This document shows positions 24,151-30,994 of a DNA stretch of 30,994 nucleotides, in pieces. A program made the position numbers and the translations under genes. Under the pieces are notes generated by a model, which searched no databases, was not told where the DNA came from, and was given only the letters and a program-made list of their open reading frames with translations. This stretch comes from a virus (Duplodnaviria > Caudoviricetes), in IMG/VR virus record IMGVR_UViG_3300016482_000018, positions 1-30,994 of that record; one strand, given 5' to 3'. Within the stretch, counting starts at the first letter, position 1. Each line of letters begins with the position of its first letter.

Positions 24151-24458
24151 TGAGCGAAGCAACAAACCTCCCCGAGCTGCTTGCCTACCAAGGTAAGGTG
24201 TACCAATTAGTGCATGACTTGGACAAATCACCCGACGAAGCTGGATGTAGGAACTGTGCACTTAAGCGTAAGGACGATGATGCACGTTATATATGTATCC
24301 GGTTGGCTCGAGAGCAATTCCCGGTTTCTGACATAAACGATTACTACGAGTGTTGGGGCAGGTCGGGGTATGTGGAAGCACCAGACCTATCATTGGACGA
24401 CGTGACCGCGCTGCAAGTGTTGCACCGACTGGAAGGGCTGGACAAGCCCGACGATTAA
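24147..24458 (+). CDS. Four-Cys early protein, tag VLHRLEG
   Basis: YQGKVY, CRNC, two more Cys, C-terminal tag. Confidence 0.75.
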   Translation: MMSEATNLPELLAYQGKVYQLVHDLDKSPDEAGCRNCALKRKDDDARYICIRLAREQFPVSDINDYYECWGRSGYVEAPDLSLDDVTALQVLHRLEGLDKPDD

Positions 24459-24485
24459 CAAGCATAGACGCACAGGAGATCCAAT

Positions 24486-24761
24486 ATGGGCGTACCTGAC
24501 CGATTAACTGTAATGAAGATCAACGGGCAGTGGCTAATCCAAGAGTGGCAGGAGACAGGGTTGATCTGTGCAAACTGTGCCTTCCTCCATAGCAGCAATC
24601 CAGACCGCACCCTTTCCTGTGGAGATGAGGCAACGACCTCACTGTTCACCGAGCAGAATCCGACAGACGATAGTTCGTTCTGTACCAAGAAGATCTGGAA
24701 ACGAGCCACCGAGGAAGAAGCCCTTGTGCATCAAGTAGTTAACCGCATGGAGGGTGTATGA
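24486..24761 (+). CDS. Four-Cys early protein, tag VVNRMEG
   Basis: AGGAG RBS; INGQWL, CANC, two more Cys. Confidence 0.75.
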   Translation: MGVPDRLTVMKINGQWLIQEWQETGLICANCAFLHSSNPDRTLSCGDEATTSLFTEQNPTDDSSFCTKKIWKRATEEEALVHQVVNRMEGV

Positions 24762-25009
24762 ATCTGGCCAAGGAGTGTATCAGGAGCACCATATATAAAG
24801 GAGTAACGTACTACCAGATGCCGGAGCTGGTTACGCAGGACTGTGAAGGTTGTAGTGTGTATGCCGATCCTGCGGTGGGGGAAAGCGCATGTAGCTATTT
24901 ACATAAGCTGACAAACAGCTGCACGGAAGGTATCTGGATAACTGCCAAGGGTAAAGAAGAGTACTGCACTCGACTCATGGTTATTAAACTCGAAGGAGAA
25001 ACGACATGA
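24758..25009 (+). CDS. Four-Cys early protein, tag MVIKLEG
   Basis: YKGVTY, CEGC, further Cys; ATGA coupled. Confidence 0.75.
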   Translation: MNLAKECIRSTIYKGVTYYQMPELVTQDCEGCSVYADPAVGESACSYLHKLTNSCTEGIWITAKGKEEYCTRLMVIKLEGETT

Positions 25010-25227
25010 CACATACACACCCATTCAACATCGCAAACCCGAACTTCAACTACATCCCTGCCAACAAGACGGATGTGACCCAGACATGGCGTAAAGCTGG
25101 ATGGGTTCCGCCCACTACGATCAAGGGGTACTTCGCCAAACGCCGCAAGCAACTCATGGAGGAGATGCAGTATGAGGAATCCAACACTGCGACCCAGTAC
25201 GACCAGACAGCAGACCAGCCGTTCTAA
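25006..25227 (+). CDS. Hypothetical early protein
   Basis: FNYIPANKTDVTQTWRKAGWVPP; ATGA coupled. Confidence 0.7.
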   Translation: MTHTHPFNIANPNFNYIPANKTDVTQTWRKAGWVPPTTIKGYFAKRRKQLMEEMQYEESNTATQYDQTADQPF

Positions 25228-25242
25228 ACAGGAGAGTACGCC

Positions 25243-25326
25243 ATGGATACGATCGCAGCGTGTCTTGTCGCTGCTGAAGCAGTTGTGTTCTTACTTCTCG
25301 TGGCGCAAGTCTGGTTCAACCGATAG
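25243..25326 (+). CDS. 27-aa single-pass membrane peptide (not in the ORF track)
   Basis: AGGAG RBS; MDTIAACLVAAEAVVFLLLVAQVWFNR*. Confidence 0.6.
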   Translation: MDTIAACLVAAEAVVFLLLVAQVWFNR

Positions 25327-25336
25327 AGGCTAGGGT

Positions 25337-25582
25337 ATGAAGACTCTCACCATTAACGGGTTGCCATACCTCGTCATGAAGGAACTGCGACATGGTAAAT
25401 GCAGTGGGTGTGACCTCGAGCATCTGAAAAATGGAAAAACGTGTTCGGATACTCGGTACAGGAACGATGTACCTGCGGCAGACAGATGTGCCACTCGTAA
25501 GTGTGTGTACATCGAACGCAGCGTCGAAGGCGTGCGTAGATACCGTGTAAACCGGGTGCTTGCCCGGATGGAACATCTGTAA
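25337..25582 (+). CDS. Four-Cys early protein, tag VLARMEH
   Basis: INGLPY, CSGC, further Cys. Confidence 0.75.
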   Translation: MKTLTINGLPYLVMKELRHGKCSGCDLEHLKNGKTCSDTRYRNDVPAADRCATRKCVYIERSVEGVRRYRVNRVLARMEHL

Positions 25583-25618
25583 CACCTATCATCAACAACA
25601 CCAAGGAGAATCACCACT

Positions 25619-25858
25619 ATGAACTACGTATACGAAGCAATTCAATTCGTCCTGCTGGTTGTCATCATGACCACACTGTTTATGACCGGCGTAAAGTGGA
25701 CAGAATACCCGTGGCATCTGGCTGTGATCTGTGTGGCTCTCGTGCTGTACAACATCGCTGCCTATAAACAAGGCAACGAGCGCGGGGCAGAAATCGCCCG
25801 TAATGCATGTACAACGGCAATAGCCGAGATGTTCGACAACATCAACAAGAAGTTATGA
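25619..25858 (+). CDS. Two-helix membrane protein
   Basis: AAGGAG RBS; two hydrophobic segments. Confidence 0.7.
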   Translation: MNYVYEAIQFVLLVVIMTTLFMTGVKWTEYPWHLAVICVALVLYNIAAYKQGNERGAEIARNACTTAIAEMFDNINKKL

Positions 25859-26094
25859 CCACCGAGACAGTCGAGATCTTCGGGATTGAATACTTACGGG
25901 TTCCTTACATACAACGTGGATGGTGTACAGGCTGCGTCAATGCTGGCAACACACTCACGAATCGTTTCTGTGCCGAAGTAAAGCGAGTACATACGCATGG
26001 CTGTTTAGGAACCATCTTCATAGAGAACACACCCAAGGCGTTCGAGGAGTACGCCACCAAAAAGGTATTGGCTCGACTGGAGGGAGAAGAATGA
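25855..26094 (+). CDS. Four-Cys early protein, tag VLARLEG
   Basis: Start ATG 25855 (ATGA overlap); IFGIEY, CTGC, two more Cys. Confidence 0.75.
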   Translation: MTTETVEIFGIEYLRVPYIQRGWCTGCVNAGNTLTNRFCAEVKRVHTHGCLGTIFIENTPKAFEEYATKKVLARLEGEE

Positions 26095-26327
26095 GATGGG
26101 AGTATGTCAACGAGGATCGACTGCACTGGGGTCAATGGAAGCTGTTTGTTGAGGACAAGCTGATTGGCTCGGTAATTATCCGGCTAGGCGGTCGTGAGTT
26201 TGTAACCAATCTGTACGTCAACCGAGCGACCGGAGACCTCGTGCAGTGGAGGTTTGATTCTCTCGAGGAGGCCAAGGAGCAGATAGAAATTCAGGCCGTG
26301 ATTGCACGGCTGGAGGGTAGGTTATGA
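26091..26327 (+). CDS. Cys-free early protein, tag VIARLEG
   Basis: Start ATG 26091 (ATGA overlap); MRWEYVNED...FDSLEEAKEQIE. Confidence 0.75.
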   Translation: MRWEYVNEDRLHWGQWKLFVEDKLIGSVIIRLGGREFVTNLYVNRATGDLVQWRFDSLEEAKEQIEIQAVIARLEGRL

Positions 26328-26548
26328 CACAGATAACAATCGGTGACGTGGTGCTCGAGCAGTATCCCGTTAATGGAAAGAGAACTTGTGGTCGGGTGCT
26401 TCCCACCATTGACTGCTTCTTCTTAAACCAGATCCAGCACGAGTGTCCGAAGGAGGATAGCAAACTGTTATGCGAGGGTGGCGGGGGCAGGACGTTCTTT
26501 ATCCCAGTCACCGATCTAGTGACTCTACGGATGGAGGGTGAGTTATGA
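26324..26548 (+). CDS. Four-Cys early protein (variant spacing), tag LVTLRMEG
   Basis: ITIGDVVL, four Cys, FFIP; ATGA coupled. Confidence 0.7.
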   Translation: MTQITIGDVVLEQYPVNGKRTCGRVLPTIDCFFLNQIQHECPKEDSKLLCEGGGGRTFFIPVTDLVTLRMEGEL

Positions 26549-26596
26549 AGTGGTATGAACTTATGGTATGATAAGTAACACATACTAGGAGGTGTT

Positions 26597-27058
26597 ATGC
26601 TTACAGACAAAGAGTTACATGAGTTGTTTGAATACCGAGATGGCCAGTTATTCTGGCGAAAAGATATGTTAGCAAACAAAGTGGCGGGTAAGCCAGCAGG
26701 TAGCCCAAACTCAAAAGGCTATCTTATTACGGGAATCAATAGGAAAACGTACTTAAACCACCGCATCATATTTCTTATGCACCACGGGTATTTACCTAAA
26801 CTGATAGACCATATCGACCGCGATCGCACAAACAATCGAATTGAAAACTTGCGTTCTGCCGACCGAAGTATGAACGCGCTTAACTCAAAAGACCGGGTTT
26901 GCAAATCAGGGCATAGGCACGTGTACTGGAGCGAGAAAGACCAGCGTTGGTATGTGATGCGCCGCGTAAACGGTAGAGCCACATACTATGGGTATTTCAA
27001 AGACAAAAATGAAGCAATTAAAAAAGCGGCCGAGGTACGTAAATGTGCAATGCAATAG
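26597..27058 (+). CDS. HNH homing endonuclease with AP2-like C-terminal domain
   Basis: HRIIF...IDHIDRDRTNNRIENLR; SGHRHVYW...YYGYFKD...A; AGGAGG RBS; AT-rich. Confidence 0.9.
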   Translation: MLTDKELHELFEYRDGQLFWRKDMLANKVAGKPAGSPNSKGYLITGINRKTYLNHRIIFLMHHGYLPKLIDHIDRDRTNNRIENLRSADRSMNALNSKDRVCKSGHRHVYWSEKDQRWYVMRRVNGRATYYGYFKDKNEAIKKAAEVRKCAMQ

Positions 27059-27123
27059 AGATCTTGTTCTGGGGTGTGTTTGCTTTGTTCTGCCTGAACC
27101 GAGCTGCACAACTGCTGGCATGA
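27043..27123 (+). CDS. 26-aa hydrophobic peptide (not in the ORF track)
   Basis: GAGGT RBS; MCNAIEILFWGVFALFCLNRAAQLLA*; ATGA overlap with 27120. Confidence 0.5.
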   Translation: MCNAIEILFWGVFALFCLNRAAQLLA

Positions 27124-27374
27124 AGGGGTTGCACACAAGGCTTGTGTCGAAGGCGGGGAAGAAGTGGCAGGTAGTTGATCCGTCACTAAACAAGCCGGGG
27201 AAACACCTAATCGTCGGGCACATCGAGGAGCGAGAACCTAACATGTATCGAGCGTGGCTATGGGATGAGTATCCGATGAACAGCAGCATGACATACCCAA
27301 GTCTCAACCATGCACACCACGAACTGAATGAGCAGTATGTGGCCAAGCTAATGATTAAGAGGTTGAGTAAATGA
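27120..27374 (+). CDS. Cys-free early protein, probable paralogue of 26091..26327, degenerate tag MIKRLSK
   Basis: Start ATG 27120; LIVGHI...YPSLNHAHHEL aligns by eye with LIGSVI...FDSLEEAKEQI. Confidence 0.65.
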   Translation: MKGLHTRLVSKAGKKWQVVDPSLNKPGKHLIVGHIEEREPNMYRAWLWDEYPMNSSMTYPSLNHAHHELNEQYVAKLMIKRLSK

Positions 27375-27478
27375 AACAGCTATCACTGTTCCCCAAAAAT
27401 CAAATCGCACCCAGAGAACGAGCGCGTGTGTATATCAAAGCACTGCTGGCGCTATTGAAAGAAGGGAGGAAGAAATGA
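27371..27478 (+). CDS. 35-aa protein with N-terminal QLSLF beta-clamp-binding motif (not in the ORF track)
   Basis: GAGG RBS; ATGA overlaps at both ends; MKQLSLFPKNQIAPRERARVYIKALLALLKEGRKK*. Confidence 0.75.
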   Translation: MKQLSLFPKNQIAPRERARVYIKALLALLKEGRKK

Positions 27479-27765
27479 CAATCAAACTAGAACAAGCCGA
27501 GCAAGCAGAGCAGGAGCCGGTGGCGTATATGTTTAAGGTTAAAAGAACGCTCCCATCCTCAACTCCACTCGATGTATTTGCAGCTATTGAATACCACCCA
27601 TTACCACATGAGGACATTATTTCTAAAGAACCGCTCTACACGCACCCTGTCCGTACAAAAAACCTGACGGATGGAGAACTAACGGCAATATGGGAGCGCA
27701 ACGCTGGCGATTGGCTGGTTTGTTTTCGTGCCATCATTGCCGCTGATAGGGAGAAGAACAGATGA
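27475..27765 (+). CDS. Hypothetical protein with EPVA...PLY motif
   Basis: QEPVAY...PLYTHP...LTD pattern common in proteobacterial phage accessory genes; GGAGG RBS. Confidence 0.7.
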   Translation: MTIKLEQAEQAEQEPVAYMFKVKRTLPSSTPLDVFAAIEYHPLPHEDIISKEPLYTHPVRTKNLTDGELTAIWERNAGDWLVCFRAIIAADREKNR

Positions 27766-28118
27766 AACGTAACCTAACTAACCACGAGTGCGTGATCTAC
27801 GCCGCACGGCTGCAAGAGTTCAGCAACAAAGGCGGTTCGATCTTCGGTCGTAACAACAAGTGGTATGACGAAAGCAATCCGGATGGTGTCTCGGTGTCGT
27901 TTACTGTGTATTCCTACGGAACGCACTTCCCGATGTATGTGTACGACTATCAGACTCAACGCTGGTATGGCAACAGCAGTAAGTACAGCCGCACTACATC
28001 CAAACATCAGTCACTCATGCGCCCATCGGTAGTTGAGGATTGGTACGACACCAATACCCTATCGTCTATCGCATTCCGCGGCATAACCAGAGTAGTAGAA
28101 AGGAGGCTCGAAGCTTGA
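27762..28118 (+). CDS. Aromatic-rich early protein, tag VERRLEA
   Basis: [14 protein letters not shown]...[11 protein letters not shown]; ATGA coupled. Confidence 0.75.
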   Translation: MKRNLTNHECVIYAARLQEFSNKGGSIFGRNNKWYDESNPDGVSVSFTVYSYGTHFPMYVYDYQTQRWYGNSSKYSRTTSKHQSLMRPSVVEDWYDTNTLSSIAFRGITRVVERRLEA

Positions 28119-28318
28119 CCCACCCCACTGACAAACACATCCGATACAACCGCAAGGCCAGAGATGGCATGACACTGGACGAGATCGCCCAGTATTTCGG
28201 GCTTACACGAGAGCGTGTACGTCAGATCGAAGCAAAAGCACTACGTAAGGTGCGCACAAAACTCCAAGCCCGCGGGCTTACATTCAAAGATTTACTTAAC
28301 TCACTTCATAAGGACTAA
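28115..28318 (+). CDS. Stand-alone sigma70 region-4 helix-turn-helix protein
   Basis: TTG start after AGGAGG; [26 protein letters not shown] closely matches RpoD region 4.2 ([26 protein letters not shown]). Confidence 0.85.
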   Translation: MTHPTDKHIRYNRKARDGMTLDEIAQYFGLTRERVRQIEAKALRKVRTKLQARGLTFKDLLNSLHKD

Positions 28319-28321
28319 ACC

Positions 28322-29308
28322 ATGAAATATTCTGACCTCAAACTGTCGATCACTGAACAATTCAAGACCACGAACCAGATCGGTTTCCTGCTGCTCGGCC
28401 AGCCGGGTGGTGGTAAGTCTGCTCTGGCCCGTGATATTGGCCGTGAGCTGGGCTTCGATCGTGTTGTCGAATTCAACGCTTCGCTGCGTGACCCTGTAGA
28501 TCTGCTCGGTACTCCGAACATCGACGGTGAGACTACTAAATGGCGTAAGCCCGATGACCTCGCTGCCCTCGAGACTGGTCGTAACCTGCTGGTGATCGAG
28601 GAGCTGACGGACTGTAGCACCCCTATGCAGAACGCATGCTGCGGCCTGATCTATGACCGCAAGGTGGGTGAGCTTCACCTATCACCCGAGACGTACATCA
28701 TCGCCTCCGGCAACCGGACTGAAGACAAATCTGGCGCATACCGCCTCTCGACCAAGCTGGCCAACCGTATGCGTATCTTCGACTTCGATGTGACCATCGA
28801 CGACTGGGCTGAATGGGCTCTGGCCTCCGGCATTGATCACGTGCTGGTTCAGTTCCTGCGCTTCAAGCCTGACCTCTTGACTGCGTTTGACCCCAACGCT
28901 CGTGTATCCCCCACGCCTCGTGCATGGGAGCGTGTCAACTGTATCCCGACTGACCTGCCATCGACTGTGTTCATGGCCAACGTTGCTGGTGATGTGGGTG
29001 ATGGTGCGGCTGCTGCGTACACGGCGTTCCGTAAGATCTACGAATCGCTGCCTGATCCGGACGAGATCATGATGAACCCGGCCAAAGCCAAGATCCCCGA
29101 GAAGATGGACGTGCTGTATGCCCTGACCGGCGCGATTGCACACCGTATCAACGAGGACAACTTCGACCGTGCCATCGAGTTCATCAACCGTATGCCGCCG
29201 GAGTTCTCGGTCATGTGTGTGCAGGATGCCATGAAATTGTGCCCAGCCATTAAAAAGACCAAGGCATTTGTGGCTTGGGCGGTCAAAAATAGTAAAGTTG
29301 TAATCTAA
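28322..29308 (+). CDS. MoxR-like / AAA_5 AAA+ ATPase
   Basis: Walker A GQPGGGKS, DPVDLLG, Walker B LLVIEE, sensor I ASGN, arginine finger LANR, sensor II TPRAW. Confidence 0.9.
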   Translation: MKYSDLKLSITEQFKTTNQIGFLLLGQPGGGKSALARDIGRELGFDRVVEFNASLRDPVDLLGTPNIDGETTKWRKPDDLAALETGRNLLVIEELTDCSTPMQNACCGLIYDRKVGELHLSPETYIIASGNRTEDKSGAYRLSTKLANRMRIFDFDVTIDDWAEWALASGIDHVLVQFLRFKPDLLTAFDPNARVSPTPRAWERVNCIPTDLPSTVFMANVAGDVGDGAAAAYTAFRKIYESLPDPDEIMMNPAKAKIPEKMDVLYALTGAIAHRINEDNFDRAIEFINRMPPEFSVMCVQDAMKLCPAIKKTKAFVAWAVKNSKVVI

Positions 29309-29310
29309 AC

Positions 29311-29338
29311 TTGACTTGCGCCTTTCAAGTTGTATACT
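29311..29338 (+). promoter_or_regulatory. Putative sigma70 promoter upstream of HNH gene
   Basis: TTGACT-16 bp-TATACT; inverted repeat AACTTGA/TCAAGTT (29308-29314/29325-29331) overlaps the -35. Confidence 0.65.
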
Positions 29339-29364
29339 ATTTCTAATACAACACAGGAGGTTAT

Positions 29365-29973
29365 ATGAAAAAACGTATCGACTTGACTGGCGCAGTCTTT
29401 GATAGGCTTACAGTTATTGAGTATGCCGGTAATGACAAGTATAAAAATGCCCAATGGGTATGCCGTTGTGAATGCGGAACCGAGAAAGTAATAAGTGGGG
29501 CATCCCTTCGTTCTGGACATACTCTTAGTTGTGGGTGCTTACATAAAGAGAAAGCATCAGATTGGGCAGTAAAAAACAAAACAACGCATGGCATGCGTAA
29601 GTCTAGAACATATAGCGTTTGGACAAACATGCGTACTCGTTGCACTAACCCAAAATACAAGCAATACAAAGACTATGGTGGTCGCGGTATAACTGTATGT
29701 GACCGATGGCTAGAATCGTTTGAAAACTTTTTAGCCGATATGGGGGAAGCCCCAGAAGATAAGACGTTAGATCGCATCGACAACAACGGTAACTATGAGC
29801 CGGGTAACTGTCGGTGGGCTACCGCACACGAGCAAAGGATGAATCGTTCTGACACCCTCATGTTTGAGGGTAAGACTGTATATGACTGGGCAAAGGAGCT
29901 TGATATGAATTACTACACCTTGTACTCCCGGCTGAAACGCTTCGGTACTTTGTTTCCGGAGCATCTAAAGTAG
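29365..29973 (+). CDS. HNH-type homing endonuclease
   Basis: WVCRCECG...SCGC, YGGRGITVCDRW, TLDRIDNNGNYEPGNCRWAT; AGGAGG RBS; AT-rich. Confidence 0.9.
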   Translation: MKKRIDLTGAVFDRLTVIEYAGNDKYKNAQWVCRCECGTEKVISGASLRSGHTLSCGCLHKEKASDWAVKNKTTHGMRKSRTYSVWTNMRTRCTNPKYKQYKDYGGRGITVCDRWLESFENFLADMGEAPEDKTLDRIDNNGNYEPGNCRWATAHEQRMNRSDTLMFEGKTVYDWAKELDMNYYTLYSRLKRFGTLFPEHLK

Positions 29974-29982
29974 GAGATGTGT

Positions 29983-30201
29983 ATGGGGAGTTCATTAGGA
30001 GATCAGGTAGCTGAACTCGAAAGCGACTATGCAGATTTACTAGCAGAGCTCGGCAAGTTAGAAACAGCACATGAAACTGTGCTTAATGATCTGGAAGAGG
30101 CCACGCAGGAAATACGCGACCTATCATCAGAGCTCGAATGGTATCGCTCAACGTTCCCCGAAGGGTCTGATGCGTATGCCTGTATGCGGAGGATGGAATG
30201 A
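29983..30201 (+). CDS. Acidic coiled-coil protein ending CMRRME
   Basis: AGGAG RBS favours ATG 29983; heptad pattern. Confidence 0.7.
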   Translation: MGSSLGDQVAELESDYADLLAELGKLETAHETVLNDLEEATQEIRDLSSELEWYRSTFPEGSDAYACMRRME

Positions 30202-30467
30202 TTACCGGATATAAACCACCACCGTGGGCTAATGGGTACAGTGCTCGTGACTATTCGGCTCAACAACGCGCCGCACGAGATAGTGTTGACATGCTCAAGC
30301 ATGAGCTGCGGCAACAGCAAAAATACATCCAAGAGTTGCAGTCAGAACTCGCGCATCTTCGAGGAGCTTTAGATAAGCACCGCAAGGTGTACAAATGGAT
30401 GACGGACAACGGATATGACGATGTGTTGACCGCGGCTGAAGTAGCACTTGCATTGGAAACACGATGA
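30198..30467 (+). CDS. Coiled-coil hypothetical protein ending VALALETR
   Basis: ATGA coupled; GGAGG RBS. Confidence 0.7.
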   Translation: MITGYKPPPWANGYSARDYSAQQRAARDSVDMLKHELRQQQKYIQELQSELAHLRGALDKHRKVYKWMTDNGYDDVLTAAEVALALETR

Positions 30468-30709
30468 AAAAAACATATACACAAGACGGGGTTCTATACC
30501 ACCGATTACCGGAGCATGGATTCAAGATGTGCCGAGGATGTGATTTCTCATTCTGGGTTGATGGCGTACACGATTGCCGCAACAGAAAAGAGAACAACCT
30601 TGACGACAAGACCTGTGGCGAAGATAGCGTCATCTACGTCAGATCAAAGCGGCAGCACAAAGTAGATGCAGTGCTTGCCAAACTCGAAGATTGGGAGGGA
30701 GAACGATGA
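30464..30709 (+). CDS. Four-Cys early protein, tag VLAKLED
   Basis: QDGVLY, CRGC, two more Cys, VIYV. Confidence 0.75.
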   Translation: MKKTYTQDGVLYHRLPEHGFKMCRGCDFSFWVDGVHDCRNRKENNLDDKTCGEDSVIYVRSKRQHKVDAVLAKLEDWEGER

Positions 30710-30994
30710 AGATTGAATTAGAAATTCCTGACGAGGACATAAACAAATATGTCAAGACAGCGATCAAGCAACAGCTAGATAGACGATTAGCAACATATTG
30801 TCGGAATGTGGTTGCCTCATACTGGACTGAACAGCAAATAGCCGCGCAGATCAAAGATGAGGTTAGTAAGAGCATCGCCCCGCAAGTGGAGAAAGCCTTA
30901 GGCGATTGGGAAAAGATTCGCCCAAAGATTATGGACGCAGCAGAGAAAGCTATTGTTAACCGCACTAGTCGCATGATCAAGAAACTGGAGGAAG
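30706..30994 (+). CDS. Helical hypothetical protein (partial, runs off the right edge)
   Basis: ATGA overlap; MKIELEIPDEDINKYV...RMIKKLEE at the window edge. Confidence 0.7.
   Translation, partial: MKIELEIPDEDINKYVKTAIKQQLDRRLATYCRNVVASYWTEQQIAAQIKDEVSKSIAPQVEKALGDWEKIRPKIMDAAEKAIVNRTSRMIKKLEE

Noticed and set aside
26549-27120. Group I intron around the HNH gene
   Set aside because: Flanks are too short to hold a catalytic core and no P7 elements are recognisable; a free-standing HNH is more parsimonious
1-30994. tRNA genes, integrase/att sites, spanins, alternative genetic code
   Set aside because: None recognisable; genes are intact and tightly packed under the standard code with all three stop codons in use

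Overview
A 31-kb piece of a tailed dsDNA phage genome with podovirus-type organisation and two divergent arms. The minus arm (21.6 kb to <1) is the late operon: HNH, ribbon-helix-helix protein, small and large terminase, portal, scaffold, major capsid protein, adaptor/tail genes, tail fibres with peptidase S74 domains, ferritin-like gene, holin-like genes, GH19 endolysin, tail tube/stabilisation protein, GNAT and ejection-type proteins. The plus arm (21.8 kb to >31 kb) is the early region: a structured leader with an exact rrn-type boxA, an origin-like intergenic region, about 25 small genes, two more HNH genes, a stand-alone sigma70 region-4 protein and a MoxR-like AAA+ ATPase. The most striking unexplained signal is that 10-13 small early proteins from at least three different sequence families end in the same short helical tag, roughly [VLM]-x-x-[RK]-[LM]-E(-G). 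Seven of them are also divergent four-cysteine paralogues. An unannotated 35-aa ORF beginning with the beta-clamp-binding motif QLSLF lies in the same operon. All family calls are from motif recognition by eye; no database search was run.
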